Below, one piece after another: positions 13,985-25,279 of a stretch of DNA of 64,000 bases. The stretch covers positions 23,954,015-24,018,014 of the forward strand of contig OZ316893.1 of NCBI GenBank assembly GCA_973895155.1, written 5' to 3'. This DNA comes from Marsupella aquatica (Eukaryota; Plantae; Marchantiophyta). The position numbers and the translations under genes were made by a program. Within the stretch, counting starts at the first letter, position 1. Every line of letters starts with the position of its first letter. The notes under the pieces were generated by a model, which was not told the origin of the DNA, did not search any database, and saw nothing but the letters and a program-made list of their open reading frames with translations.

Positions 13985-14190
13985 GTTCACATAATTTTAC
14001 TTATAAAGCACCAACTACAGGTTAGAGTTGGGGTCTAGACTTCTAGAGTGAAACCTCTAGACAGTAACTCCATGGTTCATCATGTGGATTGAAAAAGTCA
14101 TGACTATAATGTATGTCAAATGATAATCAAACATGCTTTTTGTTGATGATTTTATTTAAATAAAAAAATGAACTCTATGATCTCACCATA
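13985..14190 (-). repeat. Inverted copy of the 5005-5185 repeat
   Basis: Reverse-complement alignment by eye over about 200 bp. Confidence 0.65.
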
Positions 14191-14717
14191 ACATATCTGC
14201 ATAGAAAAGAGTATGTTATGTTATGTATGATTATTAAAATGGTGACATGCATGAGATTTTTACCATCTCATTAACCTTCAAAAAATGTAAATAAGGAATA
14301 TATTTTGGTGACATTATTGTCCTCCCCGTTATTCACGTTCAAAGAACGGATAGTCTGGGCTAGTTGCAAGTAAAAACAACAGCCAGATATGTGGAAGGAC
14401 AATATTGAGTGACATAAGAGAACAATCACGTTCATCTTGAAATGGCAAATACATGCAACCCCTGGGGCACATGTCACGGGACACCATAGACCATACGCTG
14501 CCATGTTTTGATGTGGATTTACCCGAAAGGAAAACAGCTGACCCAAGGAGCCAGACAATCTATGGAGGGACTACAGTAGTTGACACAAGAACCTTGGGTT
14601 ACCAAGGAATGACCTAGGACACAAGTGGGACAAACTCTGCCACCTAGAGATAGCTAGACAATAGATCTAGGTACAGGGGTTGTACCACTTGTTAGTAGTG
14701 TGTCCCTCAGATTGAGT

Positions 14718-14744
14718 GAAACCCTAAACCCTAAACCCTAAACC
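14718..14744. repeat. Interstitial plant telomere-type repeat (AAACCCT)x3.7
   Basis: aaaccctaaaccctaaaccctaaacc. Confidence 0.8.
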
Positions 14745-16179
14745 TTTCCATCCATTTCCTGGATGTTATCGGGGACAGCTAGGTTGACTGATTTAAAAAA
14801 TATGTATAAATTTAAAATAGAGGGAAACGAAACCCAAACACCAAACTCAGTGCAACCACGAAAGCAACAGGGTTGCTTGTTGTGGACTCCGTGATATTGG
14901 ATCAGCTCAAGTGAGGGTGGAAATTCCAATGCACAAAATAGTGGCCACATTAGATTGGTGTAGCTTTAAGTCCAGGTGTGGATAAGGTGGAGGGTTCTTC
15001 TTCTCTTTGTCTTCTTCTTCTTCTTTTCATTTGTTTTTTTATTATCTTAAGGTGGGGCTTTCTTGATTCCCACGATGGGAGGGAAGTTATATTTCTGAAA
15101 TGGGGGAGGGTGTGCGGCCCTACTCCACTTGCCTTTGTTTGTGCACTCACTCAATCTTTGAGGTCCAATTGACATGTGCTTGTGGTCTTGCGAAACGTGA
15201 GCTATATTTCTACTAGTCTGGCCTTTTCGGTTTAGTTGTTGAGTGTTGAAAAAGGGTTTTTAACCTGAAGTTCCAGTATAAACTACTTTGGGTAACCCAA
15301 AGTAGTTATTTCACATAGAATACAATGATATATATCAAAGAGCACATGGTATTTGGGAGGTTTTCAAGCATCAGAGTCATCTCTTAGTTGACCATTGGAA
15401 GATCTACAACTCAATAAGTAGATCTCACCAAGATACCAAGATCTAGATTCACACAAAAGGCATCTAAATTATTTCTTATTTTTAATACGTCACCAAAAAC
15501 GTTTTTAGGGTAAGAGGGTACTAGGGTGACCAGCAAGCAGGAGAGCCTACATAATTCAATTATTGGAAATAAACAGTGGCAGGTTAGGACAAAGGCCCTT
15601 TTACAGTGGCAGCTGTGGTTTAAACTCATCTACAACTATAATATGGGATCCTGCTTTTTTTTGTCCTTCGTCCCAATACAAAACAGTTCCTGGGCAGGAA
15701 ATATCCACACTTGTTGGATTCGTTTGACTGTTTCCTTGACCATTGATAGAAGAAATGGGCACCCCTGGCGCATATGTGCTTCTCACGCTGCCCCATAAAT
15801 TCCCCGGCCTGACTCCCTAAGTATGGGCTGGCCCTCCTTGCGCCGTGCAACGCACGGGCATAGGGCTCGTGATATACATACAAGATAAAGATGAGTAGCC
15901 TGCAAGCCGCACAACTCATGATTTGACTCAGTTGTGCGGCTTGCTCATGGGCTGTCTCCCTTTAGTTAGAAAAGATAAATAGCTGGGGGATTTCCACCCT
16001 GAACAAAAGAAAACCTTTCAGGCCAGTTGTGTGGGCTGAATTGCTCAAGTGGGATTTCCTTCCTAGTTCAGAAAATAAAATGAGTGTATGACTTCCATCC
16101 AACTTGGATGGATGGATCCCAATTCATCACATAGCCTGGTATGTTGGAAAGGTTGGCTGTACATGAATGAAAAGCTCAT

Positions 16180-17250
16180 GATTTTTGGAGATGAAAACCC
16201 AATTTCCAATCATGGCCATCTCTTTGAAAGTAAAGTACACATAGATGAAGATTTACGTCCCTAACCACAACAGCATTCTCCAACCTGTCCCACAAGAAAC
16301 ATGTGCTACTCAATTGGGACTTTGGAGGATGCTCGTACTTTATAGGAAGGAATTCATGACCAACCAATGACGAGAGTTAAGGTTTAAATGCTGAACCCTA
16401 ACCCTGGGACTATTCAAAAACAAAATTAGGCCATTAGGACCATTCCAGATACAATATGGTACCCATCACTGTCTAGCATTTCAGATAGAATTTAGGTGTT
16501 TTCTTTCCTTCTTTTGATTCCACACAATTTCCAAAACTTTTCTATCTTCTAGGTGATACTTTTCTCACAGCTTTATCACTTCAGGTCCTTGCCCCATCCT
16601 TGTCATCTGTCTGCATGTAGACATCACTCCTGTTATTATTCCACGAAGAAAATTTAAAAGAAAATAAAGTTGTTTCCTAGGAGCTTAAGTGGTGTGTACA
16701 TGTTTGGAGGTAGATAAGTGAGGTGAAACAGAAACAACTGGGACAATGACAATATTCAGATTATCTTTTTGATTTTGTAATACTTCAACTGACATTTTCA
16801 TTTAAGTTATTCACCTTGGTATTTAGCCAGTCGATGTGAACATTTGGAATGGTGTGACCCCACTTAATTATTACCTTTCTTGCGCCTCTTGATCCTTTGC
16901 TTAGGGCACAAAATATGTTCATGGTGGAATGCAAAGTTTTGGGGAAGGTCTGATGTTACTTGATTGTCTCTACAGCAACTTTTGTCATGGATTTCATCAG
17001 TCAACAACTGAAGTTTCTCGCGTTGCAAGAATGCAAGCTAGTGATTGGAAAATAGGTTGTTGACTTATCTCATTAGAAGATCTCAAGGGCCTTGGTTGAC
17101 AAAGTAACTATTGATTTCTGCAAAAAGGTAGGAGAATAATTATGTTGGAATTGATTTGACAGCTTTTTACCATCCAATCCTCAAACTGGTCAGAATTATC
17201 AACCTGCCTCCAAAAGTAATTTAGTTATGAGGTTGCCCCCCATATTGTGT
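16180..17250 (-). mobile_element. Degenerate L1-type LINE ORF2 3' fragment
   Basis: Minus-strand TFGGRLIIL and AVKSIPT.LFS (post-RT LS.GGRL.L...SIP.Y motif) at about 17140-17220; zf-RVT-like PPK...FLW...LCVL at about 16240-16330; many disablements. Confidence 0.5.
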
Positions 17251-17764
17251 ATGATTTGGCTTAACCCGACCATAGTAAATCAAGATGGCACAGATTGATT
17301 TGCAGACACATGGAGGCTCACAATCCTCCCATGCTAACCCCTCGAATCTTACTTCCACCGTGGATCAGATTTCCCATCTGACACACCAGAATGTGTGTGA
17401 CAACTGTGCTGACACCCGTCAACGAGCAAAAACTATCAGGTTTTGGTCCTTCATTTCCCCCACCTGATTGTTAGAGGGGATTAAGTTGGAAAAATTATGA
17501 ACCTCATCGCGCCATCAGGCCAATTATGTGTCATCTTGTGAAAGTCTCGTCTGGTGAAGCCAACCCACATAAAAACAGGGGGGGGGCGACAACTTGACAA
17601 TTAAATTATGTGTAGGGACAGATTAGTACTTTGACTTATTTTGGGGACAGGGGAAAAAGAAACCTGATTGCATAAATGTTGCAGACACTTCCGATCACTT
17701 GATGGGGCCCTGGAGTGAAGCAAACCCCCAACAAGGTCCCGTTATTGAAAGACACTTACTGCCC

Positions 17765-17935
17765 CGGCCCCCCCCCCCAAAGCGGCCAGCCAGGGGCTGA
17801 GGGGATTATCAATATTCCCATCACTAGAGCCCACCCACATACACAGTCACACATATACCCCTTGCGTGTGGAGGGAGGATTGAACCTGGGACCTCTAGGT
17901 TCTAAGCTCATCCTCTGGCCAACTGACCAAAGCCA
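17765..17935 (-). mobile_element. SINE copy 2 (5' half)
   Basis: tggtcagttggccagaggatgagcttagaacctagaggtcccaggttcaatcc matches the head of copy 1 with better A/B boxes. Confidence 0.75.
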
Positions 17936-20329
17936 GTTAACTAGGTCTACCTTTAGACCACCTTCCCGAGATGATAACGTCCAATGGTCGGCTGCTTTGG
18001 CTAGAGAGTAGTTGCGGCATACTAGAGATGCTCCCACAGGAGCTTTTGTAAGCTCAAGCTCCCCGTTGGGATGGCCTGGATTACTAACTCAGCATCCTCA
18101 TAGTAACGGGTAGCATTTGTAGCCGTCCTTGCCACTCCCACTCGGCTCCAATCCCTCTTGTCTTGCCCCCCTCAACACGAGAGTTTGGTAGCTCCCAAGT
18201 GCTTATCATTAAGTGTGATGATGTAAACTTTTCCTCCTAAGTCTGCCAAAACCATTGGTGAGATTCCAATCCCCTCAAAGCAGAAGGTTTGACGGCTAAA
18301 GTAGGGCCCCACTTCCGCTTGAGTGAGTGATTGAGTGCCAAAATGTCCTGTAGTGGGATATCATGGAGGAGCTGGTAGACCTACACCTATTTTTCTATTT
18401 TATAGTATAGTCTATTAGTATGCTAGAGTGGGACCCCTGGCCCTAGAAAACCAAATAACTGAATTAAAAAAATAAAATAAGGGAGTCTCATGGCGAAGAA
18501 TAAAGGCCGTGATTGGACCCCCCAAAAGACAATAGTGGAATCAGCACATAGTTCCTTTTCACTGAGCCACGTTCAAAATATATGACCACCATGACGTCAT
18601 AGCTTTGGGGGACTATGCCCATTGAAGGGAATTTTTTTTTTTAAAAGCCATATGCACCTGCAGTACGTGCATTGTACTCTACTCGCCAACAGCCAAAAAA
18701 GAAATAGCAGTTCGATCTAATTCAAAAGTAAATGACATAAAGGCAACATCGCACTGGCTTGTAAAACCATTTGTGGAAGGGGAAGTCATGTTTGAGCAAA
18801 CTGCCCAAATCTGTAAAACCATTTTTTGACGGAGAAATCGTGTCTGAGCAAGCCGCCTTAATCTGTAAAACCACTTTGTTATTCATAAAATTCTCCTAGC
18901 ACTCTTGTTTTGACAATTCTTGACAAGCACGAGAGGGGCCAATATCCCCTTATCTATTTCCTTTCACTGATCTTGTACAAGCTGAAGAAATGATGTGCTA
19001 TTTGCCTGAACACCACTGGGTTTGGTGCACCATCTGATAAAAAAGTGAGACAGCCTGAGGAAAGAATTGGCACTTCATGAACTCATATATGTGTGTCATG
19101 ATTGTCAGCCAAAATGCACCTTGGGGGTTTAAATCCTAAATTGTCACTGTGGATTTTCAGGAAATTACTCCCAGCACTTATGCGGCATGTGTGCATCCAT
19201 GAAAAAATGAAGTGCACGGTTGCATGGCGCGGGTAAACTAAATTGGTGCATGCAGTGCAGTATCTGGTTGATATTGAAATGGAACTCATGGCATCGAACA
19301 CTCTTCTTGGCATTGTGGTTTTGACTTCACTTTTGCTTAAGCCATTTCCAAAGCATGTGCAGTTGCCTTCACCTCATGCAAACTGCTTCTTGGGGTCATG
19401 AAGACAAAGTTCAAATTGGGGCATTCTCCCGTTGAAAGGTGAGCAAAACAGCCAAAATGGTGGTAATAATTGCTGGAGTTCCACTGAGAATGTCCATTTA
19501 TTGTCAAATTAACGGTTGATATGAGCCAAGCTATCAATTACAACATCCTATGATTTGCTTTCCCCCATGTCCTTCGTTCTCCAATATCACGGCGGTTCTT
19601 TCTTCTTCCTTGTTGTCTATGTAACATTTAATGCCTACATTGACTCTAGTGGCCTTTGTGTGCTGACTCCAGGCAAGGATACAAGCAAGGCTTGAAAATT
19701 TCCCTGTTATATGGCAGACAATCTTACCTTTTTGATTTGGGAGTCTATGAGAATATTTAAAAATTGTAAACTGAACCGAGAACCTGAAACCTGGGTAGTC
19801 TCCCCAAACGAGTGGAAATTTTGGAGCTGAGGGTTTCTTCATTTTTTGAATGCTGGGTCCTCTATAACACACATAGTTGTCCATTTCAGAGCTTCAAAAT
19901 TGCCATTGGGTTTCCTTCAGTGCAGGTTTTCTCCCCGTCTCTCCACGAAGGTGAGTCCTAATAACAAACACCCCATTAAGTCCAATCCTCGACTAGCAGT
20001 TCTGCTCCTGCATGCAACATGGCTCCAACGCTCCCAGGTGGGCTTAATGTGTTTATAGTAATAGTAGTAGTAGCAGCTTGTAATATAGTTGTACAAACTG
20101 TAACAGAAAATACAGAAACATGGGCGGGGTGTTTTTTCTTCCCGCAAGCCAATTGTAGGGCTTGCTCAAAGGCAGTTTTCCAGGCCTTTAAAAAACCAAA
20201 CAAAAACCCCAACGAGGTTTTCCCACTCATCAATTTTATGCAGCAGGGGACCAAGACTACAATAATCTGAGGAGATCAAACCATCAAATGAGCAGGATCG
20301 CTGAACACTGGTAGAATTAGTTTGGATGG

Positions 20330-23300
20330 CTCTTCAAATCGACGCCAGGTGATCTCCTCTCCTTGTCAAGTAATAGTTTATAACTCCAATTGTCCACTCT
20401 CTCAAATTTCTAGCAGCATGCCTTGCAGCAAGATCCATTGTCGACCTTTCTGCCCAATTCGCTTACAATCATAGCTGCCAAGTCTGCTCATCACTGTCTT
20501 GTCCACCAGGATTAATTTTGATTCACTCTGCTGGTATTCTTATGGCGAGCTAGAAGCACGGTTCACAGTGCTACAATAGGCTTGTCCAGTTGTCCAAAAG
20601 GACGTACTGTTTGAATAAATCTGGTGACATTTCTTTTGGAGAGCTAGAAGCTCGGTTTCCAGTGCTAGTAGCTGCCTTCACTAGAGCTCAGCTGGGACTT
20701 ATGTCCTCATGAATGAAGACACGGCGGTACTGTAAAGCCAGGGGAGGAGTCGAGGAGGGGATGAGCTCATGAGCAGCCAAAGGTTGTGGCAGTGGCTGTA
20801 CCGATGCAGCAAGTCATGATCGTTACCTGGTGAGTGAGATATGAGTGAAGAGAGAGCGGCTTCGGTTTCATCGAGGTAGCGACAACTATCAATGATTGTG
20901 CGTTATAGAGAGCGCAGCCGCGGATGAGAACAGCAAAACACTCATCATCTCTCTCAAATGTGATCCATTGCAGCAATACAGTCACAACATCTGCATTACT
21001 GTCACAACATCTGCATGGACCGATAGTCCAGACCTCCTCCTGGTGGTCGGTGCCCCTATCTTGCACTTTTTCAAGCCTGCTCTAGTGCTCTGTATCTTCG
21101 TCCGTGCAGGTACGTGACATGGCCGCTGATGGATTCCGAAGGTAACCTCAGCTTCAAATATTGCTCATTATTTTGCTACTCTTCGGCAGCGAGTACCATC
21201 ACCATCATTTGTTGGAAAACTTAACGATTACGGGGTAATTTCGAGGTCATGAAGAACGGATGAGCAGGTGAAAGTTGGGGGTTATGATAAGTGATGAGAC
21301 CCTTGCAGAGCATGCTTTGTGGGACATGAGGGTACTTGAATGAAAAATGACTGGCAATATCCTTCGTCGGTTGGATGTGGACCTCCAAATTCATTGGTAG
21401 GTGATGAATGTTGAGATTATGAATTGTGCATGGGTGAGGATTTCCTACTTTGTGGATGAATTGGCTTCAAAGCCTTTTTAGATACGATGATTGCTTGTCC
21501 TCCAATTCTCACCTCCCGTGATGGCCCAGAAGGTATATTGTTGTGTGCTTTTAAAGGCTCCATACCCATTGACTACACAGGAAAGTGTATCTTCATAGTC
21601 AAATGAGCTCACCACATTTTTTTTTTTGTCTTGAAACCGAAAGCTGACCAATCCAAGAGAGGATAGACCATCAACTCCGGAGCATGCACCTCTGTAGGGT
21701 AGCCCACAAGGGGGGTCATACCCAGGACCAGGAGGGAGAGAGGGTTGGACCAGAGCCCAAAGCGGACTAGCCAGGGCTGAAGAAAAACCAATACTCCCAC
21801 CACTACACCCCACCCAAACACACACTCACCCTCCACAAATGAGCTCACCACATTTATTGCATTGACTCATTTTTCGTCAGACACACCAATTTCTAACGTA
21901 CTTTCAAAGCTTCTCTCGACTTCTCTTGTTGAAACGGAAATGAACGGAGAAACCTGGCCACGGGCACCTCAATTTGGATACCTGGTCATGTTGACCTCTG
22001 AAATTGGCAAATAGCATGCCCTTAACTACAGGCAGTCTACTGTAAGCATCTATAATAATGCTGAAGGAAGGACGCCCGGCCTGCACCCTAAAGGTCAACA
22101 ACTGCACTTTCACTGTGTCACACGAGTTGAACAATCATTCCTGGGACCAGTCTCGAAAAAACTTCACTGTAGCATGGTAGGCATCCTTGGGACTTGTCTG
22201 GAAGTGAAATCACTGTAGCATGATAGGCATGCTTGGGACCAGTCTATAGTCAGACCTACAAACTATCATGGCACCATTACAATGCATTTGAATAGTGCAA
22301 TTGGACGGAAGAAGGAAAATTGTCTGAAATGTTGTCCTCACACCGACGACTGCCGTGGAAACCTACCACCACAGCCATGAGACAGGACAGGATGATGAAA
22401 AGACGTAATGAGACGCAACTCTTACCAAAGGACTGAGAAAGAACTAAACCAGTCAACAGATTGGGCACGAAACGAGCTTCTAGGGTGGATGAACGAAATT
22501 GGATCTTCTGAATTACTGGACAAAGAGATGGTGGAGATGAGTTGTTTCGTTAGCTCGGCTCTCTCCTCGTTTGAGTCAGCTCTCGACGTTTGATTTGTCG
22601 GTGGCCGCGGAAGATTGTTCGGTGTCCTTTGACATTAGGAGTCAGCTCTCGTGTCACTTTTATGGGTCGAAATAGCTGCCCTCATTCCACTCATGTTTAT
22701 GGCCTGTTGGGTGCAACGACGTGGTACAATCATCATCACCAAGCCTGAGCATATTTCTCGTAAAGATTTCTTGGATTCTCCTGCTACCCGTCAAGATGTG
22801 TACGAGGAGAAGCATTCATTTGGACAGAAAGATCATTCTGGTCGCAATTGATACCTTTGAGAACGAATGACTCAAAAGTGACCAACCTAGCTTCACGTTG
22901 TGACTCCCAAGGCTGACGAAAAGATTGGCTCAAAATGAGGTACTTTTCTACTCCAGCAAATGAGACGCATTTGGAAACAAATCAACCTGAGACGTTGGAA
23001 CCTTTGCTCAATGAATTTCCTAATTTAGTGAGTTTCAGTACAGTAGGTGAGGGTCCACTGGAATCCACAGAGAAATTTGGTAAACACAGATGCTAAGCAC
23101 ATGCGCAATCTTACAATACTCGTTTCTTCGTGATCCTTGTAAAGAGAAGACCACTTGTATAACCATGTATGTCATCCCCGTTTCCTTAGCACCCAGCGGT
23201 ATGAAATGTTTGTTTGGAATAGCTAATTTGGGTCGCAAGGTTCACAAATGAAATTATGAAGACTGTTCTAGCCTCGGATTTGAAACCCTTCGCTCGATAG

Positions 23301-24782
23301 CAGTCAGAAATATAAAATGCAAATCTGGACTGGTTCTTTTGGGTTGCCAGGTCAACAGTAAGAGATATGAAAATCAAATCTGGACTGGGTCTTTGGATTG
23401 CAAGGTTGACAAAGGAAATCATCTCGAGAGCACGCAAGGCCGGTGGTGAATTGATGATGAACTGAGAGCTATTTCGCAGTACAGTACCGTCTTTCTCGGG
23501 GTCCTTTGGCGTTTCTTGAGGCAGAGCAGACTATTTTAAGACGAGTGCGCAATCCGTTTGACCAATAATACATTCGATGGTCGTTACCCTGCAAATGAAA
23601 CGACGTACTCAATCAAGCATTTGAGAACACCTGGAAACCGGAATGTTGAGAAAAATGACCTTTCTCAGGGTTTTCTTGGCTCGACTCGGAGTTTCGCGCA
23701 GAGCAAAGCAACCCAATGGAATAGGAACGCAGTGATTTCGTACAGTGTGACGTCGGCTGACAGTCGGCAAAGGCTGCAGTCCACATTCTGTTTTCAAGGG
23801 GGATTAATAGAGTTACAAAGACTAGTCAGACACGCGAAGTTGTGATTAGTTTCGCAAGCAAAGCTCCGCCGAGCTGCTTTGATTCTTCTGAAACAGTGAA
23901 GAGCCGGAGTGTCAATTTCGTGCAAATGTGCTCCTCTGAAGGCCATTTGTTGGAACTAGCAAAAGCATCGTTCGACTCCAGGCTTTCTCGAATAGGCTCA
24001 GGTAGTTGGAGCTCTAGCAGCAGCGCCATCTCCAACGATCAATCTATCGACAGTGATGGAAAAGCTTTTGCCCATCGAGCAATCAGAGAGGTGGTTATGT
24101 TCGTCAGTTGCAAATTCCTGGAATAAGTTGCGCGAAAGCTTAATTTCTTGTCTCACTGGACTAAGTGTCTGCAGCTATTGCGATTCTCTGAAGTACAAAA
24201 TTTTCTCTATGGGCACGTATTGCACAATCAAAATGGGCTTAGGATGGGAAAACGCTTTGCAAGGATAAAGGTTACAGTGCCCAAGGCATGTTGCTATAAT
24301 GATTACTACTGCTGATAGACTACTGACTACGTGCACTGCAACGACCTTATTTCAGTGCAATTGTCTGCATAACGGGGTCTAAAGCAATTGAGCATCCTGT
24401 TCTCCTTTTGGTAGTACCTCCACAATTAATCTGTAGTATGCTGGATGTGTCTTGCGTCGTACTGGAGCATTGGCGTCAAACTGACAAGTAGACTTCTCTA
24501 ACTCCTCCATTGGACAATGGGTGGATATCAGGCCTTCTCTCGTCATATCTTTGACGTTTTCAATGTCTTGTCCATTGTTTGGCAGGACCGGAATAAAAAA
24601 GAATATGAAGAACAACAAGACGGGAACGAAGGTCCAGCGCAAATCCCCACCTTCTCGTATTGACTCGAGATTTTGAACATCTGGCGACAACAACCAAAGG
24701 GGTGGTCGTCGGCCATTCATCTCGTAGCACAGCCATGCTCGTCCAGCAGCCCAACTCGTTTCCAGCAGACACAATGTTGACC
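20330..24782 (-). pseudogene. Multi-exon gene of unknown function with in-frame stops (probable unprocessed pseudogene)
   Basis: Phase-matched AG/GT exons 22703-22426 (0>2), 22362-22275 (2>0), 22080-21902 (0>2) and 21473-21232 (2>1), each with one stop. Further candidate exons at about 24782-24652, 24570-24418, 24168-23820, 21146-21034, 20968-20827 and 20729-20608. Ends are uncertain. Confidence 0.55.
21620..21836 (-). mobile_element. SINE copy 3, 5'-truncated, in an intron of the pseudogene
   Basis: 19-bp TSD aaatgagctcaccacattt at 21601-21619 and 21837-21855; poly(A) tail; matches the 3' two-thirds of copy 1. Confidence 0.85.
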
Positions 24783-25279
24783 TGCAAGTCCTGATCTTCA
24801 AGTAGCTTGGCAGAGGCAACATTCTAAGGCACATTTGAGAAACGCAACGGTGGCCAAAGTTGGCCTTTGGGTTCTAGAAGTGCATGTCCTGGCCTTTTCG
24901 TTGATATGTCTTCACTCCAGCCGGCCTTGAATCTGTTTGCAGTCAACTAGAAAGTAAAATTAAAATCCCACTTCATAAGTTTCTATAAGTGAATTAGTAA
25001 CGTGATTGCTCATTCACGTATGTGCCTCATCCTTCCTCAGAAATCCTCTCATAACTTTTCAAAATCTAGGGGAAGAGCCAGACAAACGGCATATGTGCAT
25101 TAGCAGCAGTCGGTATGAACGTTATCCTCAGTGATCTCCAGCAGGATGATTTACACTCTCAGGATAATGCTCCCAAGGAGTTTGGGATGCACCACAGCAT
25201 AAAGGTTATAATTAACGTTATCCTGACATCCTGCTTCGCGATCGGTGGCCTATAATCGATTCAATTGAAGGAAAGCAAC

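Noticed and set aside
19000-19900. Possible MULE transposase relic on the minus strand
   Set aside because: Only a vague FVFM…C…NF.K resemblance; too degraded to call.
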